Source: Saccostrea cucullata
Lineage: Eukaryota
Reading direction: 5' to 3'
Length of the DNA stretch: 64,000 bases
Assembly: GCF_032062105.1 (NCBI RefSeq)
Contig: NW_026923633.1
Location: 124,001-188,000, forward strand
Positions 25,442-37,656 of this stretch are shown piece by piece. A program made the translations under genes and the position numbers. How positions within the stretch are numbered: the stretch's first letter is position 1; each line of letters begins with the position of its first letter. Below the pieces are notes generated by a model. The model did no database searches and was not told where the DNA came from. It worked only from the letters and a program-made list of their open reading frames with translations.

Positions 25442-28400
25442 TTACTCTGCTTGGTGTCTGATTGGGAACATCAATACTTTAGCCTGCATGAAGGACAGGT
25501 CTGGTAAAGTCTTAATGATTTTGGTAGCCTCAGCCCCCAGTTTGTCTGTCTGTCTGTTCTTCTTCACTGTGCTGACCTTGAGATTAGCCAGGATGTTCTC
25601 TAATGGCTGAAGGTTTGGTTTCTGTCCATGCATCAACTCTGAATCAAACACTGAAACATGGAAAATGAAGTTTACTATACTGAGTAAAACCAGAAAGGCG
25701 TTAAATCTTGCTTTTTTTAAAGATATCTTTGGATTTGCAAAATGTCCTAGTTCTGTACTCTCTTGAATACCTATTAATTGAATTCATCTGAAAAATTTAA
25801 TCTAAAGAAAAATAATTGTTGCAAACATTTACAAACAAGCAAGCACAAAGTACACTGACATTGTAAATAGGTATACAACATGAAGGAGGGGTTTTGGAAT
25901 AACCCTGAGTTTACCAAGAGAAAAACATGCACAGGCTATCATCATAAGTTTCATTCCATATACTGAATTTTAACCAAGTTACATGCACAGACCTGACTTC
26001 TATATCCTTCCCATTATTCCCCCCATCCTCTATGTTTAAAGTTGTTTTGTTTTTTGTTTATTTTTATATAAATTTTCCATCAAACCCTTGGAACATATCA
26101 CACTATATTGTTTATTACCATAATTTTGATTTATTTACATGTAAACAATCCTTAACTTATAGTTTGGTACATGTTTGTCTATAAGTATTAATTAAGATTC
26201 TAGCAAAGAATGAAAAAAAATACACCTTAATTTGAGTAATTTAGGGAAAAAAGCATCATAAATTAATTATAAAGAGGATTTTAACCTTCAGAATATAGGC
26301 ACTTTCAATAGCATTATTGAAGGGATGGAATGTTTATCAATTTCTTTGGTTTGGGACAGGCCGGGGTCTAAGTGTATCATCAAGGGTAGTTAATTAAATT
26401 AATTTCTACTTTGGGGATTTCTGCCTTTGGCTAAGGTGCGTTAAAATCATGTACACATAACATGAATGGGAAAGGAAAGAGGGAGATTTAATTAGCACAA
26501 CCATGAAGCTAACTGACCATACACATCTTTCTCATCAAACTACCGGTATATATATAATTGCATAATTTATTGATTTAATTTTTTTTACATGGGGTTCTTG
26601 AAAAGAGTGGCATTCCAACCCTCAAAGATTTTTTTTTTAAATGAATTTAATGGTCATTATCAAATCTGACAACACGTAATGCCAAAAATTTGTAAATTTC
26701 CAACAAAACACCAACACATAATGAACGATGACACTGATCTTACCCCAATCCCACTCTACAGTGCATTAAAATTAAACAAGAATCGTTTTAGTTGTGCATA
26801 ACAACAAATGTTATATACAAGAAGTATTTAATATCAAAATTGATTTATTGCATAAGTTTTTACAGTGTAACGTAAATTGGATATTATGAAGGCTTGAAAT
26901 TGAATTTGGAAGATAAATAAAATATTTTTATCAATTAATTTAAACCCATGATGCCAAACAGTTATGTTCCATTTAACCTGCAGATATCAAAATTGTCCTA
27001 TATATTCTCTCAAATTAACATTTTCAATCTATTCTTAGTTCCAAATAATAGCTTCTACATGGGTCACCCCTTCCCCCACTTAAACAAATCAATAAGAAGA
27101 AATGATTGTGAATTAATATACATTGTAATGCAAGAGAGTGTGAGTGTGTTGTTAGTAACTGGTATTAGTATTTAAGATTATTATTTGTAGAATGTTAAGT
27201 TTTATTAGTCCTGACATTGACGAGACACGTAGAACATGGACTGGCCTTACGACACGGAATAAATCCCGAGTCCTTACCTCCAGATCTCCCCCCAGACTCC
27301 GTCTCCTGGACCACCAGGAAGTCCAGGTCCAAGGACTTGCTGCTGTCACCTGGAATAACAGAGGAGTTTAAGGTGGCCTGACCCACTTGACAAGATAGAT
27401 AACTAACACAACTAACAGTAAAATCTAGTTCTAAAATTCTGAAATCCATTTCAATGAAAATTCTGATCTTTCTTTTCATTACAAGTTTCTGTTTTCTATT
27501 TTCTTTGACATGTGCAATCACGGACACCCTTTACAAATACAATATTTTTGTCCTTGTACCGGTATATATATCAGGTTCAAAGTTTCACTCTTCTTGCTTG
27601 TAATGTCTTCAGTTTGTAAGGGATTTAATGAGTATGGTCAGACAAAACTACATGCATTTTTGAAAGACATTCAGATGACTTGATAAGTTAATGTTAAGAT
27701 ACATAAGGAAAGAAATTATGAAAATTTTCTCCAAAACAGTAAAGCAAATTTTAGTCATACTGATATTCAGAATCCTCATGTACAGGTTGTATAAAAGTTT
27801 GGTTGTGTAATAATAAGCAATTTATAAAATGACTTAGGTGAACTTATTGATCTTTGCCTTCATGTTCTAATTAAAAAAAATATTTTTGACTATCAATTAT
27901 TAATAGAAAAAGGACAAACAAACTATTTTTGTTTTTAATTTCATTTATATTCACTTGACCAATCCTCTTAACTGACAAATGCTATTATTGCTAATTAAGA
28001 GATAATACAGGTGACTCTCGATGGCTCGAACTCCAATCTCTCAAAGTTCTCGATCTCTCGAAGTGAACCCCCGGTTCCGTTTTTTCTCTATATAACTAAG
28101 CAATTTTACTTCTGATCTCGAGAACTTCTATCTCTCGAAGTTCTCTATCTCTCGAACCAAGACCTTAGTCCTGTTACACACATTTCATTGCTTTTTTACT
28201 CTCTATCTCCCAAAGTTTAGATTGCGCGTGCATGCACGCCAATCAAACGTGATATTAATGCAGCTTGGATTTACCTGGATAATAACAATGAATGCCTGGG
28301 GCTGGTATGGAAGTGTTAATTGGGTGTTAATTTACATAGATGAAACTACACATGTGGGTCGTCCGTGTGTAAATATAATTAATTGGTTATAATTGATAAA

Positions 28401-31400
28401 TTATAAACGAATCGCTTCACAACTTGTTTGACTTGAAATCAGGATAATAATTTTTAGAAAATAATTTGAAAACGTACGTGTCAATAAGTTCCCACAAGAC
28501 TATGAACTTTTATTACAGTCTATATAATCCCGGTATGTCAAACTTTGGACAGAAATCCTTTCTCTAGGATTGAATACTGATTGCGAGAGATCTGGTGAAC
28601 ACTAGTGAAGGACCCGTTCGAGCCGCAGAATAGCCAAACTGACAATTGCTATTTAGGTTTCATGTAATCATGAAATAAGAACAAATAAAAACTGAACCTT
28701 CAGGAAATCATTTTATTTATTCAAAAAATGATAATTGTTGATTTCAAGTGAATTACCTGTAATATACGATTGAAAACGTGCAAATGATTTTATTACATAT
28801 ACTTCCGGTATCTATAATTGTAGAACATTGATGATCGGAACTGAAAATTACGGATTTTATTTACTTCCAATCACTTGAACCACTCGATCTCTCGAACTTT
28901 TCTTATGGTCCCCTGAACTTCGAGAGATCTCGAGTCACCTGTATGTATTCATATCAAAAATTTTTTGACAAATATTTATCAACTCTGCTAGAAAAAGTGT
29001 CAAACCAGAAGTCTCTGTCGAGACTGAAGCTCTACTGGTTTGTACTTAGAGCAAAGGAAGAGAAAAGTACTTAAGAAGTTGGGAATTGAAACTTTACAAC
29101 AGCAATAAATAGAATAATGATCCTTGATAAAGTCTCTTTATGTTCCTAATGTAGTCTACTTGTGTGCCAAGTTATATTGAAATCAGACCAAAACTGTAGG
29201 AGGAGTAGCATTTTGAAACAATTTTATAGACATTTTTATTTTTAGTAACCACGGCAACACCATTTAAGGAAATCAAATCCGATACACACAATTATGGATC
29301 TTATGTAGTCTACTTGTGTGCCAAGTTATACTGAAATCAGACCAAAACTGTAGGAGGAGAAGCATTTTGAAAAATTGTTTACAGACAGACAGACAGACGG
29401 CCGGACGCATTACTATCGCATAAGCTCTTCTGGTCTCTGACCAGCAGAGCTAAAAACAAGTCTGTTTTCACCTTTTCTCTATACAGTGTACTGTATATAG
29501 GGTTATTTTCGCCCCGTTTTATTTTCGCCCTTTCACACTTGGAAACAATTTTGCCCTGTTTTAATTTCGCACAGTTATAATATTCTGTTTAAGAAATCAT
29601 GCTGTGTATTTTATTTTTAATTCGCTCCATTTAAAATTCGCCCACCTGTAGGTAGGGCTAAAATAAAACGGGGGCGATAATTTCCCTGTATACAGTAACT
29701 CACATACTGACCTTGTAGAGGATTAACCAGTCCACTACTGGACCAATCAAACTGCACAGGTGGAATATCCTACAAATTAAAAATAGAAATTATCAGTACA
29801 TCCAATGAAACCTGACAGGTGGAATGTCCTACAAAATTAAAAATAGAAATTATCAGTACATCCACTATATGCCTTAAGTTTTAAACTTGTCATTCTCTGA
29901 ACCCCCAGTCTCAACGGGCAAAAAAATTGTTTATTGGTGGCATAATTTTCTATCTGATAGCATATTATTTCATATGTCAATGTTTTGGGCTTATAATTAT
30001 CTCACAGCTGGAGATTCTTAAGAAGAAGGTTTGCAGTACATTATCAATGTACGTAACACCAATTACATGTATCACTGATGTCATAGTTTTTCAAACTTAT
30101 CAATTTAAGAACACTCTAAACACCTGAAACACTTGTGAGATTTTTTTTTTATTTTGAGAATATACCACATAAAGCTATACATAGTTAACCTAGTTTATTT
30201 TAAGCATAGGATATTGCCCGTCTTTATTTTCCAAGAAAAAAACATTGCATAAAAATAGAACATTAGTGATCTGAAATCCATGTAGTATAGTTGCAGAATG
30301 GAAAAAAAAAGAGTCAAAATTCAAGTGATTTATATAATCTGATCACTCACTAGTACTTTATCTTGGTCTACAGACATAATCTTAAATATACTACTTACGA
30401 TTCTGTCATTAATAGGCACGGGGAGGGGGGCTTGGGGGCTTTTGCAAAGATAAATGAAATATAAGCATCGAAATTTGTAGCTTTGTCTCCAGACATTTTT
30501 TGTTTGTTAATTAAGCTCCTACCTTCCCCACTTTCAATTTGCTTCCAAAACCTTTGGTCATTAATGAGAGATTCCCATTTACTGCATCATACATGTAAGT
30601 GCAGATCAATCTATCTGCATTTAACTATCTGTTAACTATCTCTTGTAAATTATTTAGCACTTCCTTAAAAAGTAAAATGCTTACAATTTGCCCAAAGAAT
30701 ATAATTTGTTTCTTATAATTTTCAAGAATTTTGAATAATGATGAAAAATCCTTTAGTCAAAGGTTCTCCATCACATGTTAATTATCACTTTGTAAAGTTC
30801 ATTAGGCCTAAAAAATATAAAAAAAAAAATGTGTAGAAATAATTTAATTCTGGTTGTAGCAAGACATCTCATTGGATATACAAATTCTCGCATATCAAAA
30901 AGCTTGAATTTCTTCTATTATCTTCCCTGGTTAGTTTTACCTATCTCCAGTGACAGTTCCCCTTAATTTAACCCCCCCCGTCACATTTTCTGTCCTGTAA
31001 TTATACCCTTCCCTGTTTATTTTAACTGTCTCCAGTCACATTTCCTTTCCTGTAATTATACCCTTCCCTGGTTAATTTTACCCTTCTCCAGTCAGAGTTC
31101 CTTTCCTGTAATTATACCCTCCCCTGGTTTATTTTACCTATTCCTAGTCACATTTCCTTTCCTGTAATTATACCCTCCCCTGACCTATTTTACCTGTTTT
31201 TGCGGTTCCTCCTTGTTGGTGTCCACCAGGGTTGGTTCTGGTTTTGTGGGTTTAGCCGGCCCTTTAGTCGGTTCCAGGAGAGTTAAGTTAGAGGCGTAGA
31301 TTGGGACTGACGGCTTTTTGTGTCCTATCAGCTATATTCAAATAAATGAGATAGAAACCTCATGATTTTTGATTTTATTCATTAAACCTGTGTTTATATG

Positions 31401-32638
31401 TGAAAATATTGTTCAAATGTTTTCTAAGGAAACTACAATATCACAGCATGTGAAAATTTCTGTAATAGCTTCATACATGTACAATATTGCAGTTGTCAAT
31501 AGCTTACATTATTATTGTAAGCATTTCAAAAATTTTTACTTACTATAATTCACGTCATAAAAATCTCAACAGACAAATTACAAAATATGTATATGTCAAA
31601 ATATGTACAAGTACACATACGCATACAAGTTTAAGATCTCAACCTCTCTATTAGCTTACGATATTGCGGGTGTCAATAGCTTACGATATTGCGGGTGTCT
31701 ATCTTGAGGCTTGAGAACAGCTGTTTGTTGCTCCGTGACTGGGACCACTTGAGCGGCGACTCCGTTGCTTGTTTGGTCAGTGAGCCCCACACCCTCGAGG
31801 ACTTCCTGGAAAAAAAAATCAATTTAAATACAGTGCACTTTAAAAACGTTCTAAGGAGGTCTTAGCTGATCTATAACATGTTAATTTTCGACAACTTTAA
31901 TTAATGATCCTATAATACTAAATTTAGAGATTACCCCTGAAATGCTAATTACCAACTCATAATATAAAAATATTGCATGTAGTTGAGTGTAACATTGAAA
32001 ATTTTCACTCCAAGAAAACCATTGTCAACCTCGGCTCAACTACATGCAATATTTATTATATTATACTGAATGTTTTATACAAATACATGTACATATAACA
32101 GTGAACCGTGCGGGCATAAATTCTGCACAGTCTCTATTTTTTGGAATATCACCCGTCAACAAGCAATGGTGACTGTTGCTACGCTGGAGGGCGTGGCTTC
32201 ATTATTCAGCAGGTAATAGTGATTTTTAACAAATGTTTCTCAACCAATCAGATTCAACTAATTTACATGAAAGTATAATATTGTAAATTATATTTAACAT
32301 ATTACACAATCACGACAATGCATTGTAACTGCACATTAGTTGTAACGTAAATGCAGTGGTGTTTATGTGGAGACTTACTCAGGCGATGGATCGGATTCTT
32401 TGTCGTGGACGTAGTTATCTAATGATGTGATAATGTTCCCTGGGTCTCTATCGTTTACATCACCATGGAAACAACTTGTCACAGCTCTGCTTGATAGTTC
32501 GTCCACCTAAACAGTATTATAAGATATAAGATCAATTCTATTAAAACTTAAAACAATCATGGTTCAAATAAATATCTGACATATACATTTAAATGTCAAA
32601 CTTTATGCACAAATCATTGGCTTCAGATTATCATTAAA

Positions 32639-32674
<36 letters not shown>

Positions 32675-34004
32675 CACCAAGGGTAGGACTAGTATAAAAT
32701 GGCTTTTTATTGTAAAGTTTAAATCCAAAAGTAGTCCCATGACCAATCATGGATTTGCTATTTTTTAGAAAATGATTGAGAAGAAGATTTTTAAAGAATT
32801 TTCCTACATATTTCTATGTAAAACTTTGGTCGGCCATTTTGGCCCCACCCTACCCCCGGGGGTCATGATTTGAACAAAATTGAATCTACACTACCTGAAC
32901 ATGCTTCCATATAAATATGATGAATAATGGCTTTGTCATTCTTGAGAATAAAGATTTTTAAAGAATTTTCCTATATATCTCTATGTAAAACCTTGGTCGG
33001 CCATTTTGGCCCCGCCCTACCCCCGGGGGTCATGATTTGAACAAACTTGAATCTACACTACCTGAGCATGCTTCCATATATATATGATGAATTATGGCTT
33101 TGTCATTCTTGAGAAGAAGATTTTTAAAGAATTTTCCTATATATTTCTATGTAAAACATTGGTCGGCCATTTTGGCCCCGCCCTACCCCCCGGGGTCATG
33201 ATTTGAACAAACTTGAATCTACACTACCTGAGCATGCTTCCATATAAATATGATGAATTATGGCTTTATCATTCTTGAGAAGAAGATTTTTAAAGAATTT
33301 TCCTATATATTTCTATATAAAACTTTGGTCGGCCATTTTGGCCCCGCCCTTACCCGGGGGGTCATGATTTGAACAAAGTTGAATCTACACTACATGAGCA
33401 TGCTCCCATATAAATATGATGAATTATGGCTTTGTCATTCTTGAGAAGAAGATTTTTAAAGAATTTTCCTATATATTTCTATGTAAAACTTTGGTCGGCC
33501 ATTTTGGCCCCACCCTACCCCCGGGGGTCATGATTTGAACAAAGTTGAATCTACACTACCTGAGCATGTTTCCATATAAATATGATGAATTATGGCTTTG
33601 TCATTCTTGGGGAGAAGATTTTAAAAGCATTTTCCTATATATTTCTATATAAAACTTTGGTCGGCCATTTTGGCCCCGCCCTTACCCGGGGGGTCATGAT
33701 TTGAACATACTTGAATCTACACTACATGAGCATGCTCCCATATAAATATGATGAATTATGGCTTTGACATTCTTGAGAAGAAGATTTTTAAAGAATTTTC
33801 CTATATATTTCTATGTAAAACTTTGGTCGGCCATTTTGGCCCCACCCTACCCCCGGGGGTCATGATTTGAACAAATTTGAATCTACACTACCTGAGGATG
33901 TTTCCCCATAAGTTGCATCTTTCCTGGCACAGTGGTTCTTGAGAAGAAGATTTTTAAAATATACCACTAAATTTTCATTAATTCCCAATTATCTCCCCTT
34001 GAAT

Positions 34005-34055
<51 letters not shown>

Positions 34056-34064
34056 ACTTTGTGG

Positions 34065-34095
<31 letters not shown>

Positions 34096-34167
34096 TGAGA
34101 AGAAGTTGAAAATGTGAAAAGTTTACAGACAGACGGACAGACAGACGGACAGACGCCGGATAAAATG

Positions 34168-34213
<46 letters not shown>

Positions 34214-36514
34214 CAGATCAACATTTGTCTAACTCTAGATATCATCAAAATACATGTAATATTAGTTATCCAGGTTCAATCAAGGGTGTACGGGGATTTA
34301 CCCCGGGTTGTATTCCATACACCCTGAGGCCGAAGGCCGAAGGGTGTATGGAATACAACCCGGGGTAAATTCCCGTACACCCTTGATTGAACCTGGATAA
34401 CGAATTTATTTCCTTTGTACCCATAACAATGCTTTAGAGTGTGTCTCAACATATCGATTTGCTTTGTATTATAGAAAAACTATGCATTGTGACGTCACGT
34501 TTTATTTACACCCGGCTCAAGTCGGGTGCACGGATATTTACACCCGACTTTGTAACCAATCAAAGCTCGTGTTACAAGCTAGATAGGAAATAAAGATATG
34601 AATTTATGCATGTTGAATAGTTTAAAAGATTTACACATAAATATTGCAAACCTTTTCCTTCTGTATTGGTTGAGTTGGTTCTTCATCAAAATCCCCAAAG
34701 TCCCCGAAATCATCCCCACCCCCTTCTCCCCACTCCTCATCCCCTCCCTGCTTCCACTGATCCCCACCCTGGGTATCATTGTTACTCCATTCATCCTTTG
34801 ACGCCTTCCAATCAGAATCTTTAGCCTCTCCGCTGTCGCTGGTTTCCTGAAACGAGGCCCAGTTTCCATCACCGCTGGCAGCAGAATCTTTAGGGAAGGA
34901 CGCAAACTGATCACTTGATTTGGTATCTTTTTCTGTCTCCAAATCATTTGAAGGCGCAGAATCGAAATCTGCAAAGTCATTAAAATCATCATCATTTTCC
35001 TGTTCATCATGAACAGTTATTTCTCTTTTAAAGTCTAAATCATTTGATGGTGCAGCATCAAAATCTGCAAATTCCTCAAAATCATCATCATTGTTTTCTT
35101 CTCCATTATCGTCCACAGTGACTTCTTCTTTTTTAAATTCTAAATTATTTGATGGTGCAGAGCCAAAATCCGCAAAATCATCAAATTCATCATCTTCTCC
35201 ATCTAGTCCAGAAGCAGGATTTGTTTCAGACTGAATACACACATCATCAATGTCCTTCTTTCTATCCTCGGTATTTTCCTTTTCCTCATCAGTTGTATTT
35301 TTTTCACTTTTGTCTAACTGACAAGGATTTTCTTCCTCATCTAATCCTTTATTGTCCTCTCGGACCACAGGGGTCCAGTCGGCATCTGGTGCCGTAAAAT
35401 TTGTTTCATTAAAGTCATTATCAGTATCTTCACCTTCACAAACAAATTCCTTATCCTTGTCTAAAGACTCAGAGGAATTCTCACCTAATTCACTTTTTAT
35501 ATCACCCTTAACAGTTTCAGTTTCCTCTTCCAAAGTCTCTTTTCCTTCAAATTTATCTTCAATATATTTGGGTAAGTCTGTTAAATTTATATCACTCTCT
35601 AATTTGGGTGGAAGATCTTTCTGATTTTCACTGTGTTCCTCTGTGTTATCGGTAGGATTTGCTATGGATTTCTCGTTAACTTGGTCAGTGCCTAAATTTT
35701 CTGATGTTGCTGAATTTACATTTTCATTAATTTCCCCAAAGTCACCCCAGTCATCATCATCATCTTTTGGAATAACTTCACTACTTTTACTTTCAGTTCT
35801 GAGATCAACTGAAGAAGAATCCAACACAACATTGTCTATACACTCCTGATTTGCACTAATGTCTTGCACTGATGATCCATTATCATCAGAATCACCCATG
35901 TTAACAGAATCATCTTTCTCAACAGATTCGGAACAATGATCCATTTGATTTGATGAAACAGATGTCTGTATGTTTTCTGATTTATTCATAATTTCAGAAT
36001 TGTCCTCTAATTCCTCGTTACTGTCTTCATTTGATGATTGACTAGACTGTTTAGAAACATCACAAGCTGTTGTGGTTGACATAGATTTTGGATCTTTTTC
36101 ATCACACACAACAGATCCTGGATCACAAGGTGAAACTTCTGTGCTACACAGCCCTGAGTCAATTTGGAGCTCCATGCCTTGTCTATATTCTTTAGAAACA
36201 GTAACATTGCTGCTATCTAATTCTAACCCTGAGTCACTACCACTTATTACATTACTACAATTAAGATTAAGCTTAATGTCTGTTTCGGTGGGTTGTACAT
36301 TTTCCTTTTCCTGAGACAAATGAGATGGACTAGCGGAGTTTTCTCTCGTAGCTGGGACAGAGTCTGGGAATGCTGCCCAGTTTCCCGTTTCACTGTGTTC
36401 TGATACATTTTGGTCTGCTCCCATAAAGTTACCAAAGTCGGCATCCCAATCATCACCACCGTCTTCTTCAAAGGGTGGAGGGGATGCCGACACCATAGGA
36501 ATAACACCTGACAT
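25442..36514 (-). CDS. AFTPH: Aftiphilin (AP-1 gamma-ear/clathrin accessory protein), 7 coding exons, ~862 aa
   Basis: Exons 36514-34652, 32506-32379, 31805-31685, 31331-31194, 29769-29712, 27349-27278, 25650-25442. N-terminal SASPPP, many DFxxF/WxxF motifs, WSQSRSNKQLFSSLKIDTRNIL, IPPVQFDWSSSGLVNPL and LPDLSFMQAKVLMFP match aftiphilin. A 5' UTR intron probably spans 36589-36856. Confidence 0.93.
28008..28941. mobile_element. Tc1/mariner-type non-autonomous element (TA TSD)
   Basis: ta|caggtgactctcga...tcgagtcacctg|ta with subterminal tctctcgaa repeats. Confidence 0.8.
29002..29456 (-). mobile_element. HINE
   Basis: (agac)n tract, hairpin agctcttctggtc...gaccagcagagct plus A-run end, internal duplicated unit. 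Confidence 0.65.
29489..29697. mobile_element. MITE (tactgtata...tatacagta)
   Basis: TIR tactgtatatagggttattttcgcccc / ggggcgataatttccctgtatacagta. Confidence 0.75.
30920..31193. repeat. ~56-bp tandem repeat starting at an AFTPH splice donor
   Basis: cctgtaattataccct at 30994, 31049, 31105 and 31161. Confidence 0.8.
31971..32281. mobile_element. Hairpin-headed non-autonomous element (possibly Crypton-like), internally deleted
   Basis: tattgcatgtagttgag/ctcaactacatgcaata inverted repeat; ttattatattatactgaatgt and aaccaatcagatt...catgaaagtataata shared with 51183-51783. Confidence 0.55.
32640..34212 (-). mobile_element. HINE with ~168-bp tandem array (~7 copies)
   Basis: acaagaggcccatgggccacatcgctcacctgagc...gagccttcggctcaggtgagctaaaa; (gaca)n tract; homogeneous units. 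Confidence 0.85.
34260..34593. mobile_element. Hairpin-headed non-autonomous element (possibly Crypton-like)
   Basis: ~60-bp near-perfect arms around gaggccgaaggccga; ends aaccaatca...aaataa. Confidence 0.6.
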
Positions 36515-36856
36515 CTTAGGAAAGCTATCCTTGTTGAATATTCATCACAGGTTCATTATTGCAAGTCCATGATAAAAAATTGCGATATCTGCAAAAAGAA
36601 AACGCAATTTAGAGCAAACAATTATGTCAAAGGACCTATATTTCCTGAAGATAACACGTTACAAGCTGTATAACAGCTGTTCAAAACACCTGCCCATATT
36701 CATTGGACACTGATGCAGATAAGACGTGGTAAACCTCCCAGAGAACAATTAATCCCGATAAATCAGTGGATGGCGGAGATGAGCAATAAGCCATGTCTTT
36801 AAATTTATGTAAAATTTCATTAACAAACCTAGAAAAAGCACACCAGGAATACTTAC

Positions 36857-37656
36857 CTCACCCCTCAAATTTTGTCTGTATTTTTTGACAACTCCCATAA
36901 TGCACACGTACTTCCTTGGTAGTAGATAACTGGTACAAAAAAATAGTCGTATAGTGATTTCGTTTTTTTTCCCTTAAACCAGGTCCCTGCTTAAACATAA
37001 TTTTTCAGAAAAGAAGTTAACTAATATCGGAATATGAATTAATTTTTTTTCAGAAAAGAAATTTTTAATTTCATAAAGTTATATTTTTAATTATCAGATA
37101 GTCAGAAAACAGTAATTCTTTTTTAATCAATAGTAAAATTTATTTACTCCCTATGAGTTTTTATAGTTCATTGGTTAGTACATATATTTTTTACCCAGTT
37201 TGTCTGTCGTGAACGGCTGATGAATCCAAAAAAATAGGAGGCTAGAGAAACATAACAATGAACAATAAAGTTATTTCTATAATCTATTTATGTTAGACGT
37301 TCTGTTAGAATTTTTTTTTATTTCATTCGTTTATTTATTTATTTCAATAGGTTTTTTGTTAATTTTAATTTTTCTTAATTTAATCAAATCATTATCTTAT
37401 AATGAAATAATATAAATTTTATGACATAAGAAAAAAAATACTTTTTTATCCCTGATATCAGACCTAAACAATGCCGATATAAAAAAAAAGATATATAAAA
37501 AAATGATTTTCTGAAATTTATGAGAATAATTTTTGTAATAAATATTATTGATAGAATTTGAATTCTTGATATTAGCAGAGACATATAATGACAAACCCCC
37601 ATCTCTCACCCTCAACGTGGTACAACTTAACAATATCTACTTTCGTTTTGGAAAAT
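36857..37656. promoter_or_regulatory. Probable bidirectional promoter region AFTPH/WDR91
   Basis: The AFTPH non-coding first-exon donor (ag|gtaagt on minus) at 36857 and the WDR91 ATG at 37657 are ~800 bp apart and divergent; TSSs not determined. Confidence 0.55.

Noticed and set aside
37588-37656. Upstream in-frame ATG as WDR91 start
   Set aside because: Recognisable homology starts at MAAAAGRVDELV (37657); the extension is unsupported though not excluded.
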